In this document: positions 1 through 7,478 of the stretch, piece by piece
Layout of the letters: every line of letters begins with the position of its first letter
Position numbering within the stretch: the first letter of the stretch is position 1
Virus record (IMG/VR): IMGVR_UViG_3300008261_000015
Source: an uncultured virus (IMG/VR IMGVR_UViG_3300008261_000015)
Lineage: Duplodnaviria; Heunggongvirae; Uroviricota; Caudoviricetes
Direction: 5' to 3' (one strand)
DNA length: 20,000 nt
Made by a program: the position numbers and the translations under genes
The notes under the pieces: model-generated
Told to the model about the DNA's origin: nothing
Seen by the model: only the letters and a program-made list of their open reading frames with translations
The model's database searches: none

Positions 1-1
1 T

Positions 2-3000
2 AAAATAATCTCTGAGCAAAAAGCTCTTGGAAAGAAGCCAGTTGAAGTTGCCAGAGAGGCAGCTAAATACTTAAAGAACACTGAAGCTTACAAAAAGTTA
101 GGAGATAGAGAAAAAGCTAAGGCTCTATATGGAGTTAAGAGACTTTCTGGTATGAGAGTTAGTGTCACTACAGATGAATATGCTGCACTTAAAGACCAGA
201 TAAAACTAGAAGCAAAGGCTGCTAGAGAATCTGCTATAGATTATAAGAAGTCTATATCTAACTTGGTTTCATACGTAAGATCACTAGTTAAGGATGGCAA
301 GATTAGCACATTTAAAGCTGGAGTAATTATTGGAAGAATAGCAAATACAAATCTATCAAGCCCAGAGTCTGTAAACAAAACAATTAGTTACGTTGCAGAT
401 GTATTCGATAGTGCAAACTTAGCAATGAAAATTAGCCGTGCTAAGTCTCTTGTTAAAAACGCTAAGAGAAACATCAAGAGTAAGATTGGTCAGAGCCCAG
501 ACTTATTTACAGCAGCTAAGGTTCTATTGTCTATAGATCCTCACTTCATACCTACGCCTTTGATTGACGATTACTTAAACATCATGGAGGTAATTGGAGA
601 AAGAGCTAGAGTTCTATCAATTAAAGATGCTGGAGAAATGGCAGCTAAGATGAACGTGATCATCAACGCTGTAATAAATGAGTCAGAAACTGGGGTTACT
701 TCGGCTGAAGAAACTAAAGTTAAGGCTACACCAGAAGAAAGCGCTCAGGAAGCAGAATCACTAATCAGACAGATTGAATCTGAGACACTAAATACTTCAA
801 AGGTTCTTGATAAAAATTCTAACGCTGTAGCTAGAAAGGTAGCGTCTATCAATAGAAAAGATATGACGGAGTTGCTATCTACAGATAAAGATGGTGTAGT
901 TGATTACTCTAAGCTGAAACTTTTGTTAGGTATTAGAGATAACATCAAAGCTGGTATTGTAACAAACGAAGCGTTGAACCTAGTTACCACTGTAGAGCAG
1001 AATAGAGGAGTTGACACATTCTCTAAACTTCTACCTAAAATTAATGGTATGAGCATTTTGAACGGAGTTACTAGAACTTTAGGTGAAGTTAAGTCTTTGA
1101 TTACTAATAAGTCTGGGGTACTACAGGCAATGAGATCAACAGGTACTCCTAGCGTAGATGATGTGTTAGGAAACTTTAATGACACAACTATATACAAACT
1201 TACATTCGGTAAACTTGCATCTGCTAAAGGAAAACTTGACGCTACTTTGTCTGACAGATCTGCAAAAGCTAGTGCGGCAGAAATTCTATTTCAAAACGGA
1301 GTAGGGATTGGTCCATTAAGAGGCACACTTAGAACAAATAATGAAGTTGTTAAAGCGAAGTACAAGGTTCAAGCTCTATTGCTACAAAAGGAATTTGAAT
1401 CAAATCCTGGAAGTGAATCCGTATCTCCAGCTATAGATTTCATTAATGCTACCATTAAGGCTGTAACTAGAAAAGAGTCTTCGCTTACAAAGCACGACGC
1501 CAAGATACTTAGAGAGATTAAGACTGAGTTTGGAGCAAAAGACGCTGATGGAAAAGAGACTTTGAACTTCAAGAAGATGGAAGAGTCTCTAACTGCTAAC
1601 GATAAAAAGGCAATGAAGCTGATTGAGGAGATTAACGCTTCGACAGCTGAGGAGGCTTTATTCACAAGTTCTGTAATCAGAGGAAAAAGAGTTGATATAT
1701 TAAACAATTACGTTCACCACGCTGTAAGTGATAGAAATTTGATGAATCAAATGGTGGATTTGGTTAATAAGTTACTTGGAAGAGGACCTGACGGAAAGCC
1801 GTCTACCAAAGCAGGTACGCTAAATGAAAGAACCCCTGGGGCTAAGGCAATTATATTTGATCCAGTGTTCTCTTCAATGAAGGGTGCTAGAGAAACATTG
1901 ACTGACTTTTACATGACAACAGCCATTAGAGAGGTTAGTGGTATGCTTGATAAACTTGAGAATAAAGTGCTTGATGATGATAATACTACAGAGGCTCAAA
2001 GAGATTCAGTTCAAGCTGTAAAAGAAGCTGTAAAAGAAGCCCTAGAGATTACATTCCAAAATCACTTTAGCGAAGACACATTTGGTGAAGCACTCATAAA
2101 TGCGATTAAGAAACTAGGATATCAGTCTATGTTGGCCTCACTTCCAAGAGCTGGCGCTGAATACTTGTCGAACATGAGTTATGCGGTATTATCAGATCCT
2201 GTAACAATGGCACAATCTGTTGGATTGTCTGACTTTGCTTACTCTTCTGATATGCTTGGATTCTTGGAGAATATAGGAAGTTCTGAGTCTACACGTCTTG
2301 CTGGTAATGAAATGCTAACTAGCAAGTATGCTGAAGGTGGATTTGCTTCTGGATATGGAAGGACATCTAAGTCTGGAGCGTCATCAAAGGTTATGAACTA
2401 CGCTTCATTTATTGCAGACATGACAGCTGGTAATGTATTTAGGACAAATGATGTAACTGCTGACTTAGTTGTATCTACACCAGACAAGGCTATTTCAAAG
2501 CCTTACTATGCACAATTCTTTGTGAATAAATTTAAAGAGTTGACTGGAGTTGAACTTTCAAAGTCAGAACTTAGAAAAATTGCTAATGGTACATCAGAAT
2601 ATCTTTCTCCAAAGTACGAGAATGCAATTGCAAAATCTAGAGAAGACGCTGACTTAGCAGTTATTAGAATGGCTGGATCAACAAACTCATTTAACACTAT
2701 TCTAAAGAACGTACCTAGAAAGACTGACAAGCCTTGGACTTCAGCGTACAGAGCTATAAATTCATTGATGGCTAGATTCTACCTGACTGAATACGGAACT
2801 CTAAGATCTGCTGTAATAGCTTTATTCAAGTCTGGCCAAATTAGCAGGCTGACTGCTGTTGGACTGATAGCTGGATCTTTGACTAGAATGAGTATGTACC
2901 TAGTTGCATTTGGATTACTAGCAAAATTGTTCGACTCAGCTATCGCTAACTTACTTGACCTTGAAGAGCCAGAGGAGGAGGATGAAGACTTGATGACTAC

Positions 3001-3628
3001 AATTAAGAGAAGTATAGTTGGTTCTGGTGTAAATGCACTTACGAGAAGAACTCTAGGAAACGTGCCATACATTCCAATTGCGTTGGGAGTAGAGCTGATG
3101 AACGAGGAACTTGGTGAAGATTACGGATTAAGAGATGGTGACTATGACCCATATAAAAATTCATTAGTCTTCTCAAGAATAACAAATGAAGACTTCTACA
3201 CGAAAAGTCCTTATGAGATTTTTGGAAAAGTTGTAGCTGGGCCATTCTCTCCAATAGTGTCAACTGGATTTAGAGCCATTACTTTGGGCGCTAGAGCCAC
3301 TAAAGAAGGTTCTAAGCCAGAGACTAAGAAGAGGGCTATGGATGAGCTTGAGCAGAGAATGAGTATGGAGGCAATTGGAAACTTTGGTCTTATTCCTTTC
3401 TACAAGGACACAAGAAGAATCATGATGAATGATTTTTATGCGAGAAATTACGATAAAAAAGAAGATTCTTCTTTCACTATCACGGAAAAACAAATAGATT
3501 TGGTCAGAAAATCAAATCCTGCTGCCGCTAGAAGAATGAGATTGTTCAAAGAACAACAGAAAAAAATAGAAGCAAGAAGGAGAGCGATTAAGAAAAAGTT
3601 TGAAAAGAAACAAACCAAATCCAATTAA
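2..3628 (+). CDS. Very large phage protein, 5'-truncated by the window; probable internal virion/ejection protein
   Basis: The frame is open from base 2 (KIISEQKALGKKP...) into the listed ORF 152..3628, giving >1200 aa. Ala/Lys/Ser-rich helical composition with a hydrophobic segment near the C-terminus. No catalytic motif recognised; function inferred from size and context. Confidence 0.6.
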   Translation, partial: KIISEQKALGKKPVEVAREAAKYLKNTEAYKKLGDREKAKALYGVKRLSGMRVSVTTDEYAALKDQIKLEAKAARESAIDYKKSISNLVSYVRSLVKDGKISTFKAGVIIGRIANTNLSSPESVNKTISYVADVFDSANLAMKISRAKSLVKNAKRNIKSKIGQSPDLFTAAKVLLSIDPHFIPTPLIDDYLNIMEVIGERARVLSIKDAGEMAAKMNVIINAVINESETGVTSAEETKVKATPEESAQEAESLIRQIESETLNTSKVLDKNSNAVARKVASINRKDMTELLSTDKDGVVDYSKLKLLLGIRDNIKAGIVTNEALNLVTTVEQNRGVDTFSKLLPKINGMSILNGVTRTLGEVKSLITNKSGVLQAMRSTGTPSVDDVLGNFNDTTIYKLTFGKLASAKGKLDATLSDRSAKASAAEILFQNGVGIGPLRGTLRTNNEVVKAKYKVQALLLQKEFESNPGSESVSPAIDFINATIKAVTRKESSLTKHDAKILREIKTEFGAKDADGKETLNFKKMEESLTANDKKAMKLIEEINASTAEEALFTSSVIRGKRVDILNNYVHHAVSDRNLMNQMVDLVNKLLGRGPDGKPSTKAGTLNERTPGAKAIIFDPVFSSMKGARETLTDFYMTTAIREVSGMLDKLENKVLDDDNTTEAQRDSVQAVKEAVKEALEITFQNHFSEDTFGEALINAIKKLGYQSMLASLPRAGAEYLSNMSYAVLSDPVTMAQSVGLSDFAYSSDMLGFLENIGSSESTRLAGNEMLTSKYAEGGFASGYGRTSKSGASSKVMNYASFIADMTAGNVFRTNDVTADLVVSTPDKAISKPYYAQFFVNKFKELTGVELSKSELRKIANGTSEYLSPKYENAIAKSREDADLAVIRMAGSTNSFNTILKNVPRKTDKPWTSAYRAINSLMARFYLTEYGTLRSAVIALFKSGQISRLTAVGLIAGSLTRMSMYLVAFGLLAKLFDSAIANLLDLEEPEEEDEDLMTTIKRSIVGSGVNALTRRTLGNVPYIPIALGVELMNEELGEDYGLRDGDYDPYKNSLVFSRITNEDFYTKSPYEIFGKVVAGPFSPIVSTGFRAITLGARATKEGSKPETKKRAMDELEQRMSMEAIGNFGLIPFYKDTRRIMMNDFYARNYDKKEDSSFTITEKQIDLVRKSNPAAARRMRLFKEQQKKIEARRRAIKKKFEKKQTKSN

Positions 3629-3630
3629 TA

Positions 3631-4476
3631 ATGCAAATCAAAGTTCAAAATGACTCGTTTCTTGTGGAGGTTCCACTAAAAGATGGGGCCGATCAGAATA
3701 GTATCTTGTTCATTTCTGATCTTCACTTCGACTCAAAGAAGTGTAACAGAAGAGCCTTAAAGGCTATGATGGATGAAGCGGTTGAAAGAGATGCGAAGAT
3801 TGCTATCTTCGGAGACATCCTGGATATCATGGGAGCTAAGTTTGATCCTAGATCAAGCAAGGGTGACATTAGACCAGAGTACAGCACCAATAACTACTTC
3901 ATGGACGTGTTGGACGACGCAGTAAGATTCTTTGGTCAGTATGCAGACAGAATTTTATTCTTGTCCATGGGTAACCATGAGGACTCTGTAAAGAAGAGAC
4001 ACGAGTTTGACTTGTTGTCGATAATGTCTTACAAGTTGAAGCAGGAGTACAACTGGAAGGGTTTAACTGGACCTTACGAAGGTTGGTTGTTGTTCAGGGT
4101 TCTAGAAGGATCTACATCAATCAACAGAGGTACCATTAAGGCTTACTACACGCACGGAGCAGGAGGTAACGCACCAGTGACTAGAGGTGTTATTCAAACA
4201 TCTAGAAGACAGGTACAGATTAGTGCAGACATGTTCATTTCTGGACACATTCACACTCAGTTTGCATTCCCTATTCCACAGCGTGTGGTAAACAACCATG
4301 GTGTTGAAGAAATAAAGGACATCGTTCACTTACAACTAGGATGTTTTAAGGAAAGCCACAGAGGTTCTTGGGAAGCTCAGAGAGGTTTTGGCCCTGCAAA
4401 CATCGGTGGTTACTGGGTGAAGTTTTTACTTAAGGACAAGAAGCCAAGATTTATCGAAGAAAGAACTATCTATTAA
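3631..4476 (+). CDS. Calcineurin-like metallophosphoesterase
   Basis: Full motif set in order: SDLHFD, GDILD, GNHE, THG, GHIH. Confidence 0.9.
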   Translation: MQIKVQNDSFLVEVPLKDGADQNSILFISDLHFDSKKCNRRALKAMMDEAVERDAKIAIFGDILDIMGAKFDPRSSKGDIRPEYSTNNYFMDVLDDAVRFFGQYADRILFLSMGNHEDSVKKRHEFDLLSIMSYKLKQEYNWKGLTGPYEGWLLFRVLEGSTSINRGTIKAYYTHGAGGNAPVTRGVIQTSRRQVQISADMFISGHIHTQFAFPIPQRVVNNHGVEEIKDIVHLQLGCFKESHRGSWEAQRGFGPANIGGYWVKFLLKDKKPRFIEERTIY

Positions 4477-4718
4477 TGAAAGAAACTGCAAAGTATTACA
4501 GCGAGAACCCTGAAGCAAAGAAGAAGAAGGGTGAGTACGACAAAAAGTACAACAAGGAGACTGTTGAGGATCGCGTGGAAAGAAACCGTGCCAGACGAGA
4601 AGCAATGAAGAAAGGGAGAGTTAGAAAAGGTGACGGCATGGATGTGGATCACGTTGATGGCATCAAGTCTAAAAAAACTAGAGTAATGACCGCGTCAAAA
4701 AATAGAGCAAAGAAATGA
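4476..4718 (+). CDS. Small basic HNH-like protein (T7 gp7.7-like)
   Basis: RNRARR...KGDGMDVDH...SKNR pattern. TAATG overlap with the upstream stop. Confidence 0.7.
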   Translation: MKETAKYYSENPEAKKKKGEYDKKYNKETVEDRVERNRARREAMKKGRVRKGDGMDVDHVDGIKSKKTRVMTASKNRAKK

Positions 4719-4960
4719 ATCAATTCGAAAATCCTTTTGCAGGTAGCGCACTAAAAGTATTGAGAGCAATCGATGAGTCGAAGCTTTCAACATGTGCCAT
4801 GCAAGACAAAATTAAATCAACTCCAATAGAAGAAGAAAATGAGTTTTACACACTATTCAACGACGGCACGCTTATCAAAAGAACAAGATCAAAGTTCCCA
4901 ACAAGCGGATACCTCAAAGGAGAAAAAAGAATCTCATTCGTCGAGCATTACGGATTTTGA
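4715..4960 (+). CDS. Hypothetical protein (81 aa)
   Basis: ATGA overlap with the HNH-like gene stop, in operon orientation. Confidence 0.7.
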   Translation: MNQFENPFAGSALKVLRAIDESKLSTCAMQDKIKSTPIEEENEFYTLFNDGTLIKRTRSKFPTSGYLKGEKRISFVEHYGF

Positions 4961-5204
4961 GAGGTCTCTGGTAAGCGTTCTCAGGGATGTAGGTAAACTG
5001 CTATCTGAGAAGAATAGACTCTATGGTAACGCTTATTTCGAGCCTACAGGAGTCTTCTCAAAGTTAACTCCACTAGAGAGAATAGACGCAAGGATTGATG
5101 AGAAGCTGGCACGAATAAAGTCAGCACAGAACGATGATCAGGAGGACACTACGAACGACTTAATTGGTTTACTAGTGATACGGAAGATCTGCTTAATGAA
5201 GTAA
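4839..5204 (+). CDS. DUF1599 / nucleotide-modification-associated domain 1 (Nmad1)-like protein; start uncertain
   Basis: LLSEKNRLYGNA...RIDEKLARIK...EDTTNDLIG matches the KNxxYG / R.xDKxxR / EDxxxDLIG pattern. Confidence 0.75.
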   Translation: MSFTHYSTTARLSKEQDQSSQQADTSKEKKESHSSSITDFERSLVSVLRDVGKLLSEKNRLYGNAYFEPTGVFSKLTPLERIDARIDEKLARIKSAQNDDQEDTTNDLIGLLVIRKICLMK

Positions 5205-5234
5205 GAAGAAGCCCAGAAAAACTGGGCTTTTCTT
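5203..5234 (+). terminator. Intrinsic terminator after the Nmad1-like gene
   Basis: AAGCCCAG-AAAAA-CTGGGCTT hairpin followed by TTCTTATT. Confidence 0.75.
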
Positions 5235-5236
5235 AT

Positions 5237-5244
5237 TATATTTG
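5237..5244 (+). promoter_or_regulatory. Bacteroidota primary-sigma -7 element (TAnnTTTG)
   Basis: TATATTTG ends 25 nt upstream of the ATG at 5269, which has an A-rich leader. Confidence 0.65.
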
Positions 5245-5268
5245 TGTGAACCTAAAACAAAAAAGAAA

Positions 5269-5559
5269 ATGGAGAAGTTTTTAAGTATCCCAGTAACGAA
5301 CGAGCAGAATCAATTGCTATCTGCCACAGGTATCGTATTAATTGTACAAGCGTCAACAACTACTGTTGCCGTACACTACAAGTCAAGCACAGGAACTGAT
5401 GTTGTGACAATCACTCATGCGGCAGCTCCTTCTGGTAATGAGGCCCAGCGTGACGCTATTCAGAATGCAGTTGTTGCTGCATTGGGAACATCATGGACAA
5501 AGGTAGCGTTCCAAGTTGAGAACCTACCTTATGCCGTGTCAGCTATTGCAATTGCTTAA
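5269..5559 (+). CDS. Hypothetical 96-aa protein, possibly a virion/decoration protein
   Basis: ATG at 5269 follows AAAACAAAAAAGAAA. Ala/Thr/Val-rich sequence. Flanked by a promoter box and a terminator. Confidence 0.7.
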   Translation: MEKFLSIPVTNEQNQLLSATGIVLIVQASTTTVAVHYKSSTGTDVVTITHAAAPSGNEAQRDAIQNAVVAALGTSWTKVAFQVENLPYAVSAIAIA

Positions 5560-5577
5560 GATTACCAACCTATTAAG

Positions 5578-5604
5578 AAAGCCATTCTTCGGGATGGCTT
5601 TTTT
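5578..5604 (+). terminator. Intrinsic terminator with a cUUCGg tetraloop
   Basis: AAAGCCATTC-TTCG-GGATGGCTTT followed by a T-tract. Confidence 0.85.
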
Positions 5605-5606
5605 AT

Positions 5607-5614
5607 TATCTTTG
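5607..5614 (+). promoter_or_regulatory. Bacteroidota -7 element (TAnnTTTG)
   Basis: TATCTTTG immediately after the terminator T-tract, ending 19 nt upstream of the ATG at 5633. Confidence 0.65.
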
Positions 5615-5632
5615 CGTTCAAACTACTAATCA

Positions 5633-5764
5633 ATGGCAGGTAAAAATAAAGCAGCTGCGGCTCAGGTAAAGATTTCATTCGGTAAACGAAGAACAGGTGT
5701 AGCAAAAAAAAGCTTCTCTAAGTATGAAGAGAAGCCAAAGAAGTATAGAGGTCAGGGTAGATAA
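5633..5764 (+). CDS. 43-aa highly basic peptide ending in KKYRGQGR (absent from the ORF track)
   Basis: Hand translation: MAGKNKAAAAQVKISFGKRRTGVAKKSFSKYEEKPKKYRGQGR*. Has its own promoter box. Confidence 0.75.
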   Translation: MAGKNKAAAAQVKISFGKRRTGVAKKSFSKYEEKPKKYRGQGR

Positions 5765-6109
5765 TTACTTTTTATCTAACTTAATTTCACCATCTAAGTA
5801 CGCCAATATAACTTCTGAAAGTTCAGAGAACTTCTCTGGATCTTCAATGGAAAACATTTGCTCAAACATATTAGTAACGGCAAAGAACCAATCTCTAGAT
5901 GGACTTCCTTCAACGTAGGAGAACGACTTGCTAGATACTCTCTCGAAGTTAGCCTTTAGATTTTTTAATTTATTTTCAAGCGATGGATCATAAACTCTAA
6001 GCATGTTAGACTTTGACAATTGATCTAGCATGAGTTCATTCAACGCTTCGAATCTCATGTAGCAAGTTACTTGATCTTTTAATTTCTGAGGCACTTCCAT
6101 ATTATTCAT
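5765..6109 (-). CDS. Hypothetical protein (114 aa); last gene of the minus-strand block
   Basis: ORF track; its stop abuts the stop of the convergent peptide gene. Confidence 0.75.
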   Translation of the reverse strand: MNNMEVPQKLKDQVTCYMRFEALNELMLDQLSKSNMLRVYDPSLENKLKNLKANFERVSSKSFSYVEGSPSRDWFFAVTNMFEQMFSIEDPEKFSELSEVILAYLDGEIKLDKK

Positions 6110-6200
6110 TGTTTTTTATTTGCTCTATTTCAATTATTGCTCTACCAACAAATATAGACATTGCTATAATAAGTAGAGATATTAAGATTGAGTAGTCCAT
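6102..6200 (-). CDS. 32-aa membrane peptide
   Basis: Hand translation MDYSILISLLIIAMSIFVGRAIIEIEQIKNNE*; overlaps both neighbours and fills the gap. Confidence 0.5.
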   Translation of the reverse strand: MDYSILISLLIIAMSIFVGRAIIEIEQIKNNE

Positions 6201-6376
6201 ATTTTAAATAATTCTTTATCTTCTGCTTTATTTATAGTAAACCTCTTTCCATATTTTTTATACGCATATTCAAAAGCATTGCTATACGTACCATAGAATT
6301 TATCATTGTAGTCAAAATCATCAATTTCTTTATTCCATTCAATAAAGTCGTCTGCATATATTACGTACCATTCCAT
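6182..6376 (-). CDS. Hypothetical protein (MEWYVIYADD...)
   Basis: ATG at 6376 within ORF 6182..6415 is the preferred start. Confidence 0.6.
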   Translation of the reverse strand: MEWYVIYADDFIEWNKEIDDFDYNDKFYGTYSNAFEYAYKKYGKRFTINKAEDKELFKIWTTQS

Positions 6377-6430
6377 ATTTGATTTTTGTAAGAGTTGTCC
6401 TCGCTTTTCGGACAAATTCCGAATTAGTGC

Positions 6431-6592
6431 TTATTTATTTGCATGAATTTTTACTAAGTATTCATTCACTATATCCTTAATCATAACCTCTTTATCCTGA
6501 CTATTCACATAGCAAAATAGACCGTCAATAGTTGCAGTGCTGTAGTGCTTGATTAACCAGTTTAGAAATAGTCCATAATCATTCGCCTTCAT
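6431..6592 (-). CDS. Hypothetical protein (MKANDYGLFLNW...)
   Basis: Internal ATG at 6592 overlaps the end of the upstream gene. Confidence 0.6.
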   Translation of the reverse strand: MKANDYGLFLNWLIKHYSTATIDGLFCYVNSQDKEVMIKDIVNEYLVKIHANK

Positions 6593-6818
6593 AAACTTCT
6601 TTGTAGTATTCTTCAAACGCAACGTGAGAATCAAAAGGCGTATAGTAATGAGTGTCTGTAAAAGCATCCTTCATCTGCTCCTTCTCCATTTCTTTTGCTG
6701 GGTAAAAAAGATTATGTTTCATTATAAGAAAATCTGTAGGAGAAATTTGTTTTGCTTCATACTTTTCAAATAAAGAATTAACTTCTTTTTCATACCAATC
6801 TACTGCTGTCTGTTTCAT
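6579..6818 (-). CDS. MKQTAV-family small protein, copy 2
   Basis: MKQTAVD...AKEMEKEQ...YYKEVYE; paralog of the adjacent ORF. Confidence 0.8.
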   Translation of the reverse strand: MKQTAVDWYEKEVNSLFEKYEAKQISPTDFLIMKHNLFYPAKEMEKEQMKDAFTDTHYYTPFDSHVAFEEYYKEVYEGE

Positions 6819-7015
6819 AGTTCTTCGTATGTTTCTTGATAGTATGTTTCTGAATTTACGTATTTCTTATTATCATATTTACCCTCGATGAAAGCCGTTC
6901 TTATCTGCTCTTGTTCCATTTCTTTGGCTTCATTTAAAATGCTATTCCAAACAAACTTATCCTTTGGTGCTTCCCATAGTTTAGTAAATAACAAATCAAC
7001 CGCTGTCTGTTTCAT
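6815..7015 (-). CDS. MKQTAV-family small protein, copy 1
   Basis: MKQTAVD...AKEMEQEQ...YYQETYE; start at 7015 forms an ATGA overlap with the upstream stop. Confidence 0.8.
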   Translation of the reverse strand: MKQTAVDLLFTKLWEAPKDKFVWNSILNEAKEMEQEQIRTAFIEGKYDNKKYVNSETYYQETYEEL

Positions 7016-7203
7016 TTGACTATCTCTTTTAGCTGATTCCAAATATTAATTTGGTTCTCTCCCCAGTACATGTCACACTTACCATCCTTGATTGGTGGAC
7101 TCATAAAGTAGGATTGCCTATACTCATTGGGAGTTGCCGTGAACCTATAGCAGGATTCTTTGTGGGGACAATCTGTCCCTACGCACATTGTGATATCAGC
7201 CAT
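7012..7203 (-). CDS. Cys-rich small phage protein, possibly metal-binding
   Basis: MADITMCxGxDCPxKESCYRF...C pattern with four Cys. Confidence 0.75.
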   Translation of the reverse strand: MADITMCVGTDCPHKESCYRFTATPNEYRQSYFMSPPIKDGKCDMYWGENQINIWNQLKEIVK

Positions 7204-7332
7204 GATTTTTTATAATGTTAAACATGTTTTACAAAAACTGCCAAATTGTAAAATATATTTTACTTTTGGCAACTTATCTAATAAAGTGCCGAAATATAGT
7301 GGTCGCAATTTTCGATCGCAAATTATGGCAAA

Positions 7333-7461
7333 TTATTCAAATAAGTCTTCCCCGTTGTAGTCAGGATAGTTTTTATGCATTTTATCAATGCCTCTGACCC
7401 AAAGAAATGAAATGACTGAGGAGATAATTAAGATAACTCCAATTACTATTAAATTTCTCAT
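7333..7461 (-). CDS. 42-aa membrane peptide
   Basis: Hand translation MRNLIVIGVILIISSVISFLWVRGIDKMHKNYPDYNGEDLFE*; A-rich leader just downstream of the tRNA. Confidence 0.6.
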   Translation of the reverse strand: MRNLIVIGVILIISSVISFLWVRGIDKMHKNYPDYNGEDLFE

Positions 7462-7478
7462 ATATGTTTATGTTTATG

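Noticed and set aside
2013..2040. 12-bp tandem repeat AAGCTGTAAAAG
   Set aside because: In-frame AVKE-AVKE coding repeat with only about two copies.
2..3628. Giant protein as a crAss-like virion RNA polymerase
   Set aside because: No convincing DFDxD catalytic motif in the visible part; the N-terminus lies outside the window.
904..4329. Antisense ORFs inside the plus-strand genes (904-1197, 1369-1707, 2506-2730, 2779-3072, 3039-3263, 3260-3493, 4117-4329)
   Set aside because: Shadow frames of long coding genes, with no recognisable motifs or start context.
5724..5918. Plus-strand 64-aa ORF
   Set aside because: It overlaps the 43-aa peptide gene and is antisense to 5765-6109.
7440..7478. 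Theta (HDV-like) ribozyme downstream of the tRNA 3' end
   Set aside because: The trailer is a short A-rich leader running into an ATG at 7461, with no nested pseudoknot potential.
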